Shown here: piece by piece, positions 17,338-25,736 of the stretch | Layout: the number at the start of each line of letters is the position of its first letter | Position numbering within the stretch: position 1 is the first letter of the stretch | Assembly: GCA_003345555.1 (NCBI GenBank) | Contig: PRDJ01000075.1 | Span: forward strand, 1-32,000 | DNA from: Candidatus Thorarchaeota archaeon | Lineage (GTDB): Archaea; Asgardarchaeota; Thorarchaeia; Thorarchaeales; Thorarchaeaceae | Direction of reading: 5' to 3' | Length of the DNA stretch: 32,000 bases | Translations under genes and position numbers: made by a program | Notes under the pieces: generated by a model | Seen by the model: the letters and a program-made list of their open reading frames with translations, nothing else | Database searches by the model: none | Told to the model about the DNA's origin: nothing

Positions 17338-17721
17338 TCAGTCTTGACCTGTCTCGCCAATTCTGATTAGCCTCATAGCAGATGATGATACGTTTCCGGC
17401 ATCAAAACCTTCTCTGATGTTGACCAACTCATCATCGCCCACTTGAAGCACGGCAGTGAGCTTGGTCTCTTCGGCCAAAGCCCACTGGCCAAAGATGTCG
17501 AGATTGCTGCCGACCTTACATTCGAGAAGACCCGCAGTACCGGAGCTCGACCACCAGCTGAGGCATCGGCCGGAATGCCCAAGACTCTCAAGCATCTCCT
17601 TCCACAGCTTCTTGAGCTGCGTGGGGCCATGGCTGTTCCGGAACGTTATCAGAACGTTGCCTTTCCGTTGGTTGAGCTCTTGGCGGATTGTCCCCATCTC
17701 AGAATCTGAAAACAGCGTCAT
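17338..17721 (-). CDS. Hypothetical protein (127 aa)
   Basis: Fills the gap between glmS and the RimK-like gene exactly, ATG start, globular composition. No family recognised. Confidence 0.65.
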   Translation of the reverse strand: MTLFSDSEMGTIRQELNQRKGNVLITFRNSHGPTQLKKLWKEMLESLGHSGRCLSWWSSSGTAGLLECKVGSNLDIFGQWALAEETKLTAVLQVGDDELVNIREGFDAGNVSSSAMRLIRIGETGQD

Positions 17722-17798
17722 TTGACTGTCTGCTTATGCTATGCTGGTTAAAAGCTCCGCGCTACGGATAAAAGGAATTCGAGAATCGTTGAATTGAG

Positions 17799-18704
17799 TT
17801 GGATATCTTGGCCAAACCGCATTTCGAAGTGGGACTCTTCTCGTCTGATCCGTACTCTCCCCGGGTGCAAAGCTTGACCACGGCATTTCAGAATCGTGGT
17901 GTCAATGCCATTCAGGTGATTCCGTGGAAGATTGCCCGAACGGGCTCAACCAACACCCATCGTGTTGCGACAGGTGGTAAGGATTTGACGGACCTAGACT
18001 TGCTGCTCGTGTTGGATCTCGGCGCCACTGAAATCGGAGCGTTCTTCAACCGAGTGGGGCTCCTATCGGCTCTGGCAGAGTCGGGCGTCGAGATCATCAA
18101 CTCCGTTTCGTCTATACTCCTTATGCGAAACAAAGCCGAAACCATGCGTAAGCTAATTTCAGCAGGGCTACCAGTCCCAGAGACTCTCATTACAGAGTCC
18201 ATCGACATCGCTGTTGATTTCCTTAGATCACACACGCCTTGTGTATTGAAGCCCATAACAGGCTTTGGAGGTCAGGGTGTTCAACTAGTCAAACGCGAGT
18301 TCGATCTTGAGAACATACATGATTATCTCAAGATTCACAGTCAGGCTTACGGAAAAGGGGCCTTTCTTCTTCAGGAGTACATCGAGAATCCCGGGTATGA
18401 TGTTAGGGCTCTGGTTGTCGAAGGCGAAGTCATCGCGACAATGAAGAGGATCGGGGGAGAAGGTATCACTAGAAATATCCACGCGGGTGGGCTACCCCGC
18501 AAGAACGATATAGACGTGGCTGAGCTGGCAATCGGTGCCGCAAAGTCGGTTCGCGGTAGATTGGTGGGGGTGGACATCATTCCAGATCTCTCAGGACAAC
18601 TCTGGGTGCTGGAAGCGAATGCGACTCCGGGCTGGTCGGGCTTACAGCAAGTGACGGATTTCGATATCTCCGACAGAATAGCAGGTGTATTCAGTCGCGA
18701 CTAG
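17799..18704 (+). CDS. RimK/LysX/MptN/CofF family ATP-grasp amino-acid ligase
   Basis: 'RNKAET...L..AGLPVPET', 'VLKP..GFGG.GV', 'LLQEYI', 'DVRALVV', 'GVDI', 'VLEANATPGW'. Confidence 0.92.
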   Translation: MDILAKPHFEVGLFSSDPYSPRVQSLTTAFQNRGVNAIQVIPWKIARTGSTNTHRVATGGKDLTDLDLLLVLDLGATEIGAFFNRVGLLSALAESGVEIINSVSSILLMRNKAETMRKLISAGLPVPETLITESIDIAVDFLRSHTPCVLKPITGFGGQGVQLVKREFDLENIHDYLKIHSQAYGKGAFLLQEYIENPGYDVRALVVEGEVIATMKRIGGEGITRNIHAGGLPRKNDIDVAELAIGAAKSVRGRLVGVDIIPDLSGQLWVLEANATPGWSGLQQVTDFDISDRIAGVFSRD

Positions 18705-18846
18705 CCAGTTATTTCCATAAGCTTAAAAGCGGGCTAGATGGCGTCCCATTTACCCGCTCGACGGGGTCACCCCGGTCGGGTGAGAATGTCGTGGAATCCT
18801 TCCTGCTTTGCAGGACAGCAAGACGAAGTTCTGAGGTTCAATTGGT

Positions 18847-19860
18847 TTGACAGAAGCCGCTGAAACAATTCCAGAAGACCTCGAGTTTCTACGAGCTAAG
18901 CTCAGAGAACTCAAAACGCAAGCACGAGAAGATTTGGAGCAGTTGCGGAGAGACCGCGACAAGATGCGGGAATACAAGACAATCCGAGACGAACACAACA
19001 AGGAAGTCCGTGCCCTGATAGAGTCCGTCAAGGCCGAACGTGAGGAACGTGACCGCATCAATTCTGAGATAACAGAAGCTAAGGACAAACGTACAGCCAT
19101 ACATGCACAGCTGAAGAGTGTGTACGACGAAATCCGTGACTTGAGGGACAAGATAGTGGGCAGTCCCTCGACAGACCAGAGAAGAATGATGCGGAGTGTC
19201 GAGGAACTGGAATGGAAACAGCAGACAGAACAACTCTCCATGGACGAGGAGAGACAAATCGTTGATGAGATTGCGAAGATAGAAGCCCAGCTTGTGAAGA
19301 TTGGTCAAGAGAAAGAGAAGCAGGATAAAATAAGCGAACTTCGCAGATTGGCAAGGAGACTCAAGGAGGATGCCACAGATGCTCATCAGAAGGTACTCAC
19401 GCTTTCCGAACAGTCCCAAGTCCATCATCAAGAAGTCGTGAGAATCAGGCCGCAACTGGAGCAGTATAAGAAGTCGGCCGACACAGCACACCAGAACTTC
19501 GTGGAATGGCTGAAGAAGGTCAAGGACGGGGAGACGAAACTGAAGGACGCCCGCACCCAGATTGATGATCTTCACGAGAAAATCAGGAAGCAGATGTCGG
19601 AGAGAAAAGAAGCAGAGAAGACCGGCAAGAAGGCCCAGCAGAGAGAGCAAGATAAAGAACGGCTTGATCTCGCAGTTGAGAAGCTGACTAGCGGCAAAAG
19701 AATGACGTTCGATGAGTTCATCATGGCGCAACGTGTTGTGAGTGATGATAAGAAGCGGTCCAAGAAGAAGCCCGCAACAGATGAAACTCAAGAGACAACC
19801 GCTGAAGCACCAGAAGAAGAACCGACGACTGATCAGCAAGCCGAGGAAGAGAAAGAGTAG
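18847..19860 (+). CDS. Archaeal coiled-coil protein (COG1340-like)
   Basis: Long E/K/R-rich heptads, 'LEWKQQTEQL..DEERQIVDEI', C-terminal 'EKLTSGKRMTFDEF' and an acidic tail. TTG start. Confidence 0.8.
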   Translation: MTEAAETIPEDLEFLRAKLRELKTQAREDLEQLRRDRDKMREYKTIRDEHNKEVRALIESVKAEREERDRINSEITEAKDKRTAIHAQLKSVYDEIRDLRDKIVGSPSTDQRRMMRSVEELEWKQQTEQLSMDEERQIVDEIAKIEAQLVKIGQEKEKQDKISELRRLARRLKEDATDAHQKVLTLSEQSQVHHQEVVRIRPQLEQYKKSADTAHQNFVEWLKKVKDGETKLKDARTQIDDLHEKIRKQMSERKEAEKTGKKAQQREQDKERLDLAVEKLTSGKRMTFDEFIMAQRVVSDDKKRSKKKPATDETQETTAEAPEEEPTTDQQAEEEKE

Positions 19861-19909
19861 CTGAGTTGGTCTTTACGCTGGCTGGCGCAAGAACGGTGGG
19901 ATTGGAGCT

Positions 19910-21181
19910 TTGAGCAGCACAAGCGAAAGGCCCGTTAGTCGCCATTCCGTTGTTTCTATCTTCTACTTTCTGGCTCTGGGAGCCGGAGTGATGCGTACAT
20001 TCTCTGTCGGTTTTGACATTGTCGCTCTCAACAAGATAATCCCTTCTGAGTACTCCATGGAATATGGTCTCATGGCACAGTGGGTCAGCTTTGTGGTCAC
20101 AAGCCTACTCGTGCTATTCCTGAGTGCAAAGAAGAGAATCGACGAGAAACCAAGACCATTGGGCTACTTGGTCGACCCTGATTTTGGCAGAATAGGTGTG
20201 CTCCCGAAGAAACCCATGATCTATACTTTCATTGGTGGTGTCTTCGCTGGCATTTCGACATTTTCCTACTACTGGTTGGTGGGAACCAATCCAGACGCAT
20301 CCGCTGTGCTACCCTTTGGTCAACTCGCCGTCATCTATCTTCTGATAGGGGATTTGATGGCTGAAAAGGACACGCCCACAATCATCGAAGTTCAGTGCAT
20401 TATGTCCATAATGTTCGGAGTGCTTCTTGTGGGAGTCTCTCCTGAAGGGGAGTTCAGTCCCCTTACATTGCTCGTGGTGCTCGTGCCAATGAACATGTCA
20501 TCTGCAGTCTTGACCTACTATCAACGGAAGACTAAGCGCCACGAAATCAGGCCCGGACTTCAGGTGGACACTCTCAACATGCGTCTCTGGTCGCTGCTCT
20601 TTCTTAACACAGTGTTCAGCCTCCTCGCAATCCCCTCTTTGAATGCCAGTTCATGGCAGATAATGACAGTGACATTTGTGCCCTTGCTCTGGGCAACCAT
20701 CGGCGGGTCCCTGACGGCATTCTTCTCGATCGTGATGTACTCAAGAGCCCTCGGACGGGGATCGATGGCTATCGTCAACTCATTGTCCTCGATTTCGGTC
20801 GTGCTCGGGATACCCTTGATGCTGATTGGCAACCTAATTGTCCCCGGATCCTTCGGGACGATTAGCACCGCTGCTTCCTTATGGACTTTGAAGATCTTTG
20901 GTGTTTCCCTTGTCATGATCGGAGTAATTGCTCTACAGGCATCAGATGTGAGAGCGATCATCATAATCAGAGTCAAACCACAAACCGGAGACCTACTGCC
21001 CCTTCTCTTCAATATCAAGGGAGTTGAGAGCGTTTCTGGGATTGCAGGTGACATTGATTACCTTCTGAGTATCAAGGCTCGTAGCCTCGCGAAGACACGG
21101 TCTCAGATACTAAGTCGGGTTCAGAAGGTTCCCGGTGTTGAGAGCATTCACACGCTCATTGTCCTCAAGGATTACAGATAA
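19910..21181 (+). CDS. EamA/DMT family transporter fused to a C-terminal Lrp/AsnC ligand-binding (RAM) domain
   Basis: About ten TM segments in two repeats with DMT hallmarks ('GGVFAGISTFSYY', 'YSRALGRGSMAIV..LSSISVV'), then 'AIIIIRV...IKGVESVSGIAGDIDYLL.I...VPGVESIHTLIVL'. Confidence 0.8.
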   Translation: MSSTSERPVSRHSVVSIFYFLALGAGVMRTFSVGFDIVALNKIIPSEYSMEYGLMAQWVSFVVTSLLVLFLSAKKRIDEKPRPLGYLVDPDFGRIGVLPKKPMIYTFIGGVFAGISTFSYYWLVGTNPDASAVLPFGQLAVIYLLIGDLMAEKDTPTIIEVQCIMSIMFGVLLVGVSPEGEFSPLTLLVVLVPMNMSSAVLTYYQRKTKRHEIRPGLQVDTLNMRLWSLLFLNTVFSLLAIPSLNASSWQIMTVTFVPLLWATIGGSLTAFFSIVMYSRALGRGSMAIVNSLSSISVVLGIPLMLIGNLIVPGSFGTISTAASLWTLKIFGVSLVMIGVIALQASDVRAIIIIRVKPQTGDLLPLLFNIKGVESVSGIAGDIDYLLSIKARSLAKTRSQILSRVQKVPGVESIHTLIVLKDYR

Positions 21182-21222
21182 CAATGTGGATATGATTAGT
21201 AAAACCAGTTCGAGGTGGAAAG

Positions 21223-21477
21223 ATGGGTAACTCAATCCAAGCGTATGTGCTTATGGACATCGAAATAGGGCAGTTGGACAAAGTTGTCGAACAGCTGAGA
21301 CTCATTCAACAAGCCAACAAGATTGCCGTAGTAACAGGACACTACGACATCATAATGCGAATTCAGGTCGAAAGTCTGGAGCAGCTATACGATATCACTG
21401 TCCAAAGAATTCATACGATACCAGGAATTAGGGAGACAACCACGGCAGTGATTGAGAAAATATACGTAGTACACTAG
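21223..21477 (+). CDS. Stand-alone Lrp/AsnC ligand-binding (RAM) domain protein
   Basis: 'AYVLMDIE.G....VVEQL', 'VTGHYDII', 'IPGIRETTTAVI'. 84 aa with no HTH. Confidence 0.9.
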   Translation: MGNSIQAYVLMDIEIGQLDKVVEQLRLIQQANKIAVVTGHYDIIMRIQVESLEQLYDITVQRIHTIPGIRETTTAVIEKIYVVH

Positions 21478-21597
21478 TTCATTGCTGGAGCGGCGCTAGT
21501 GCTGTTGTGACCCATCACCTTTTATGTTGATGACCCTCGCTCCTGATGTCGGCATGCCATCATTACGTAGGATTGGCTGGCCCTGTCATAGTCGCTC

Positions 21598-22554
21598 ATG
21601 GTGGTCTGCGTGTCAGAAGAAGTCGAGATACTCGGATTGACAAAGAACTTCGGAGAACTTGTCGCACTTGACCATATTGAAGAATCAGTTCCCGAAGGAT
21701 CCATCTTCGGGCTACTTGGGCCTAATGGCGCAGGAAAGAGCACTACCATAAGGCTCCTTTGCACGCTACTGAAGCCTACTGATGGGACGGCCAAAGTAGG
21801 TGGACTGGATATCAGAGAGAGCCCTGTAAAGGTGAGAGAGATTACTGGCGTTCTTCCAGAGGAAGGAAACCACACGCTTTACCCCTCATTGACTGTCTAC
21901 GAGAATCTCGAGTACTTCGGACGGCTATACGGTGTGCCAGATGATGAGATACCGGGCCGAATACAAGACCTCCTGACTTTCATGGAGCTCTGGGAAAGGA
22001 AGGACGACAAGACTGGTACCCTCAGTACAGGCAACAGACAAAGGGTCGCACTCTGTAGAGCGCTGCTTCATAATCCGAGAGTGCTACTGCTTGATGAGCC
22101 AACTTCTGCGCTCGACCCGGTCGCGGCAAAGCGTGTTCGCGAACTCATCATGAGCCTGTCCCAGAAATACAGACAGACATTCTTCATCAACTCACACAAC
22201 TTAGCTGAGGTCCAACGAATCTGTGACAGGATAGCGATTATAGACAAGGGCAAAATCATACTGACTGGAAAAACAACAGAGTTACGTGAGAAGCTGCACG
22301 GACAGCAGGAATACAGAATAAGAATCGTTGGTGATCCAAGCAAGGCAGAATCGTTAGTCCGGTCTGTTGATTACGTCGAATCTGCAAGTACGGAGGTTGA
22401 CACGATCGTTGTCAGAATCCGGGATCCTCTTCAAAATAACTCGAAGCTGATACGCAAACTGCTGGATGCTGGCGTCAATGTCGTGGAGTTCTCCGAGGAA
22501 GAAGCATCGCTCGAAGATCTGTACTTGGAGACGATCAAAGGAGGTTCTTCGTGA
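21598..22554 (+). CDS. ABC transporter ATP-binding protein (ABC-2/drug export type)
   Basis: Walker A 'GPNGAGKST', signature variant 'LSTGN', Walker B and D-loop 'LLLDEPTSALD', H-loop 'SHNL'. Confidence 0.95.
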   Translation: MVVCVSEEVEILGLTKNFGELVALDHIEESVPEGSIFGLLGPNGAGKSTTIRLLCTLLKPTDGTAKVGGLDIRESPVKVREITGVLPEEGNHTLYPSLTVYENLEYFGRLYGVPDDEIPGRIQDLLTFMELWERKDDKTGTLSTGNRQRVALCRALLHNPRVLLLDEPTSALDPVAAKRVRELIMSLSQKYRQTFFINSHNLAEVQRICDRIAIIDKGKIILTGKTTELREKLHGQQEYRIRIVGDPSKAESLVRSVDYVESASTEVDTIVVRIRDPLQNNSKLIRKLLDAGVNVVEFSEEEASLEDLYLETIKGGSS

Positions 22555-23315
22555 TGGCTTTTAGCAAGGCGATGTTGGTTGCCAGAGCAGACCTGAAGAT
22601 GGCACTTCAGGTCAAGTACGTCAGGCTGAGCCTAATAGGGATGGGGGCTTTCGGCCCTATTATAGCGCTGCTATTGATTGTCTTGGTTGTTGCATCGGTG
22701 CCCTTGGGAGCTGACTATTACATCCTGATGGCCTTCTTCCCTCCGATGGGGGCAACTCTCCTCGCCATGTTCTCAGTCATACCGGCGACCATGATTTCTG
22801 CAAACGCGCTTGTTGGCGAAAGAGAACAGAATACGTTGGAGCCCATCCTGTCGACGCCCCTCACAGATCGTGAGCTCCTCCTCGGCAAGACACTGAGTTC
22901 TTTTATCCCAAGCATAGCGCTTCTACTCGCTGGCACATGTGCGGTCTTGCTGGGGTCGACTATTGCGTTTGTAGTCACTGGGAAACCTTGGATGATGATT
23001 CCCGATGTTCCAGGCCTGTTCTTGATTCTTTGTGCAGCACCGTTAGTGATACTGACCGCTGTCTCAGTAAACATCATAATCAGCGGGAAGGTCAAGAGAG
23101 TCTATGAGGCCTATCAGTCGTCAGGCATGATAATCCTCGTGCTCATGATCCCGATGCTCGTTCCCATCGTCACTTTGGAGGCCGATATGCCGAATCCCAA
23201 CGTGATATGGTTAGCTAATCTCTTCACATTTCTCATTAGTATCATTCTCGTGACCGTCACATGGGCATTGGCATTGAAACGGTTCAACCGCGACACAATG
23301 GTGTCCCGAAGATAG
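22551..23315 (+). CDS. ABC-2 transporter permease
   Basis: GTGA overlap with the ATPase gene; 'VGEREQNTLEPILSTPLTDRELLLGK'; six TM segments. Confidence 0.92.
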   Translation: MMAFSKAMLVARADLKMALQVKYVRLSLIGMGAFGPIIALLLIVLVVASVPLGADYYILMAFFPPMGATLLAMFSVIPATMISANALVGEREQNTLEPILSTPLTDRELLLGKTLSSFIPSIALLLAGTCAVLLGSTIAFVVTGKPWMMIPDVPGLFLILCAAPLVILTAVSVNIIISGKVKRVYEAYQSSGMIILVLMIPMLVPIVTLEADMPNPNVIWLANLFTFLISIILVTVTWALALKRFNRDTMVSRR

Positions 23316-23327
23316 TAGCTGTGTCCC

Positions 23328-23346
23328 AGGTGGGTCTGAACCACCT
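23328..23346. terminator. Small hairpin between convergent genes
   Basis: AGGTGG-gtctgaa-CCACCT, a 6-bp stem with no adjacent U-run. Confidence 0.25.
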
Positions 23347-23397
23347 TCGTAGAAAAGTCATTTCTGCGGCCGTGCCCCCTGAAAGCCCCATCTCGGG

Positions 23398-23925
23398 TTA
23401 GTCACGAATCGACTTCAGCCCGGTTGGATACCTTGCTGCTAGGTCCTTGTAAATCGATTTGAATCTCGAAAGCTCATCCTTGTGCCGTTGTTGAACGTCA
23501 CCAATTACCTTCGCAGGTACACCAACAGCAATCTTCTCATCTGGCACCTGGAAGCTTTGCGTGATTACTGCGCCTTCTCCAACGATGGCCCAGCGTCCAA
23601 TCACGGCATAGTCTGACACTATCGCGCCCATCCCTATCACTGCCTCGTCCTTCACGGTCGCATTATGTATGATGCAGCCGTGACCAAGAGTCACATTCTT
23701 GCCGACGGTTGTCTTCTCACCGGGTCTCGCATGTACAACCACATTGTCCTGAACACTCGTTCCGTCACCAATCGCCACCTCTCCGTAGTCACCTTTGACA
23801 ACAGCCCCAGGTGCGATGTAGCAGAGGCTGCCAATCGAGACCTTTCCAATCACTGTGGCAGAATGACTGACGTATGCCTTATCACTGATAGCGGGGACCC
23901 TACCTTCGAATTCGTAGACTGTCAT
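23398..23925 (-). CDS. Gamma-carbonic anhydrase family (YrdA/CaiE-like) hexapeptide-repeat protein
   Basis: Hexapeptide repeats; 'VKGD', 'QDNVVVH', 'LGHGCIIH' (three His ligands); 'GVPAKVI'. Confidence 0.93.
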   Translation of the reverse strand: MTVYEFEGRVPAISDKAYVSHSATVIGKVSIGSLCYIAPGAVVKGDYGEVAIGDGTSVQDNVVVHARPGEKTTVGKNVTLGHGCIIHNATVKDEAVIGMGAIVSDYAVIGRWAIVGEGAVITQSFQVPDEKIAVGVPAKVIGDVQQRHKDELSRFKSIYKDLAARYPTGLKSIRD

Positions 23926-24059
23926 GCAGAATCACGAAAAAGGCAGGTACTAACATCGATATTAGTGTGGAGGTCGATTCCACCGCGACGGTCAAGTCTG
24001 GCGAAACGTTAAATGCCAGCGCGGCGGATTGATTACTGACCGCATTCTGTAAAACAGGG

Positions 24060-24467
24060 ATGGCTCACATGACAAAGAAGACACCCAAGACTGAGGAGCC
24101 GCACGTGTTTCCGATTCTGAAGGGGGAATCAGTGGGACGCAGTGGTGAATTCACTGGTCGAGCAGTCGTTGTTGTAAATCCTAAGAGCCTGAAACGACGC
24201 TGGGCATCGGACGAGATCCCAGTTCTAGGCATGAATCTGGAAAAACACCTCAAGACAAACGCTCGTGAACTGAACAGCCTCTTCACCAAGGTGTCAGCAG
24301 TACTAGCAGAGTTCGGCGAATCAATCGGGGAGTTTGCCTCAGTCGCCTATGCGCAGCAGGCAATCGGAATCATAAAAGTTCAAGATGCATCACACGTTCT
24401 TGAAACTGACATGCACATCCGTCTCCATGCATCCGAGAACCTGGGAGAGGTCTTCTTCATCTCGTGA
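24060..24467 (+). CDS. Stand-alone PEP-utilising-enzyme mobile (swivel) domain-like protein lacking the phospho-His
   Basis: 'GESVG..G.FTGRAVVV', 'EIPVL', 'AVLAEFGESIGEFASVA', 'IGIIKVQDASHVL', 'GEVF' follow the swivel-domain consensus in order. Confidence 0.65.
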   Translation: MAHMTKKTPKTEEPHVFPILKGESVGRSGEFTGRAVVVVNPKSLKRRWASDEIPVLGMNLEKHLKTNARELNSLFTKVSAVLAEFGESIGEFASVAYAQQAIGIIKVQDASHVLETDMHIRLHASENLGEVFFIS

Positions 24468-24597
24468 TTTCCGGACAGAAGAATCATAGCACTGCTCCCT
24501 ACGACAGAACTTTGCTTTCATCCTAGTGGAGTACTGTACGAATGATGGAAACTGAAAGCCTTTATCGAGAGGTTGCTTCGAAGCCTCTTGGAGATAT

Positions 24598-25614
24598 GTG
24601 ATGCCCAAGTCAGAGGAGCCGACAAGGCAGTTCCTGAAGCTGGACCTCTGGGCAATCCGAAGGCGCACCTTTTCGGTAGTGCTTATCAGCTTACCAGTAT
24701 TCGCAGCCTATTGTGGGGTTCTCTTACTGCTGTTTCCTGCATCAGGGACGCCCGAAGGAGCCGTCGTTTTGATTGTTGTCGAAGGCGCAGTCGGCCTCGC
24801 GGCCACACGCAAATACAGTGGTCTTGGAGCAGGAACCAGGTCCCGACTAGGTTTCGTAGACCCTTCGATTCTAGGCTCAGGCTGGAAAGAAGTAACGGCC
24901 GACATGCATCGAGAGGAAATCTCGCGCCTCTTCGAAAGGACATACGCCGAAATCGACGAACACGAAAGCTCGAGAGCAGACGATTTGAACGATGTTGCAT
25001 GGTTCGCTGTACTAGCCTACTCAGTCACCAGCATGGGGATAGCAGTCGCCACCGGACCCAAGATGTATCTGGTACTAGGTGCAGCCGGTCTTCTTCTCGT
25101 ACTATGCGGTGTCTGTTATGTTGCGGGCTATCGAAACTATCGGATTAGACTTCTGGAAGAAGATGTGGATCAGCTTCAGCATCATGTAATGGCTCGATTA
25201 TCTGCCCTTGAGATCATCATCACAAAAGGTCGAAGCTGCGTACAGTGGCTTGAGAAGGAAAAGCTCAGAGTCCTTTCTGATGTAGGATTCGTTGTTGAGT
25301 CACCTAATACCACAGTATCCTATTGGTTTGGAATTCCATCTCAACAGTCTGAACGGTTTGAAATCATCGGACCTCATGAGCTCTCGCCGGGTCTTCTCGC
25401 CAGACTGAGAAATGCTCCAATCATGACACAATCAGGCTGGCAACTTTCTACCCGCCAACAAGAATCGAATCTCATGATTCAGATATTCAACCCCGTGAAG
25501 TTGGTGAGATTCCATCCAGACTGCTCAGTCGTACTGAATCCCACTTTTTCCTCTGCGGCATCCGCCGTTCTGGTCGAGAGCATGTCAATGCTTGTTGGCC
25601 TCTTTGTAATATAG
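24598..25614 (+). CDS. Hypothetical membrane protein (two TM hairpins plus C-terminal soluble domain)
   Basis: 338-aa ORF with four hydrophobic segments arranged as two hairpins. No family recognised. Confidence 0.7.
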   Translation: MMPKSEEPTRQFLKLDLWAIRRRTFSVVLISLPVFAAYCGVLLLLFPASGTPEGAVVLIVVEGAVGLAATRKYSGLGAGTRSRLGFVDPSILGSGWKEVTADMHREEISRLFERTYAEIDEHESSRADDLNDVAWFAVLAYSVTSMGIAVATGPKMYLVLGAAGLLLVLCGVCYVAGYRNYRIRLLEEDVDQLQHHVMARLSALEIIITKGRSCVQWLEKEKLRVLSDVGFVVESPNTTVSYWFGIPSQQSERFEIIGPHELSPGLLARLRNAPIMTQSGWQLSTRQQESNLMIQIFNPVKLVRFHPDCSVVLNPTFSSAASAVLVESMSMLVGLFVI

Positions 25615-25736
25615 CTTGGGCCCCCGGCTCGTCAGACAGGGCCGCAATTGAGGCGTGGCCAAACACACAGCGCCCTCGAGATGCCTGTCGCTAGATTCAA
25701 TAAGACCCTTTGAAGGTAGCCAATCCGAACAGAAAA

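Noticed and set aside
18779-18835. Possible C/D box sRNA (GTGAGAA ... CTGA)
   Set aside because: Box C is degenerate, and no clear C'/D' boxes or terminal stem were seen. Kept only as part of the structured-leader finding.
18889-19839. 316-aa antisense ORF rich in Leu and Phe
   Set aside because: Shadow of the GAG/AAG-rich coiled-coil gene on the opposite strand.
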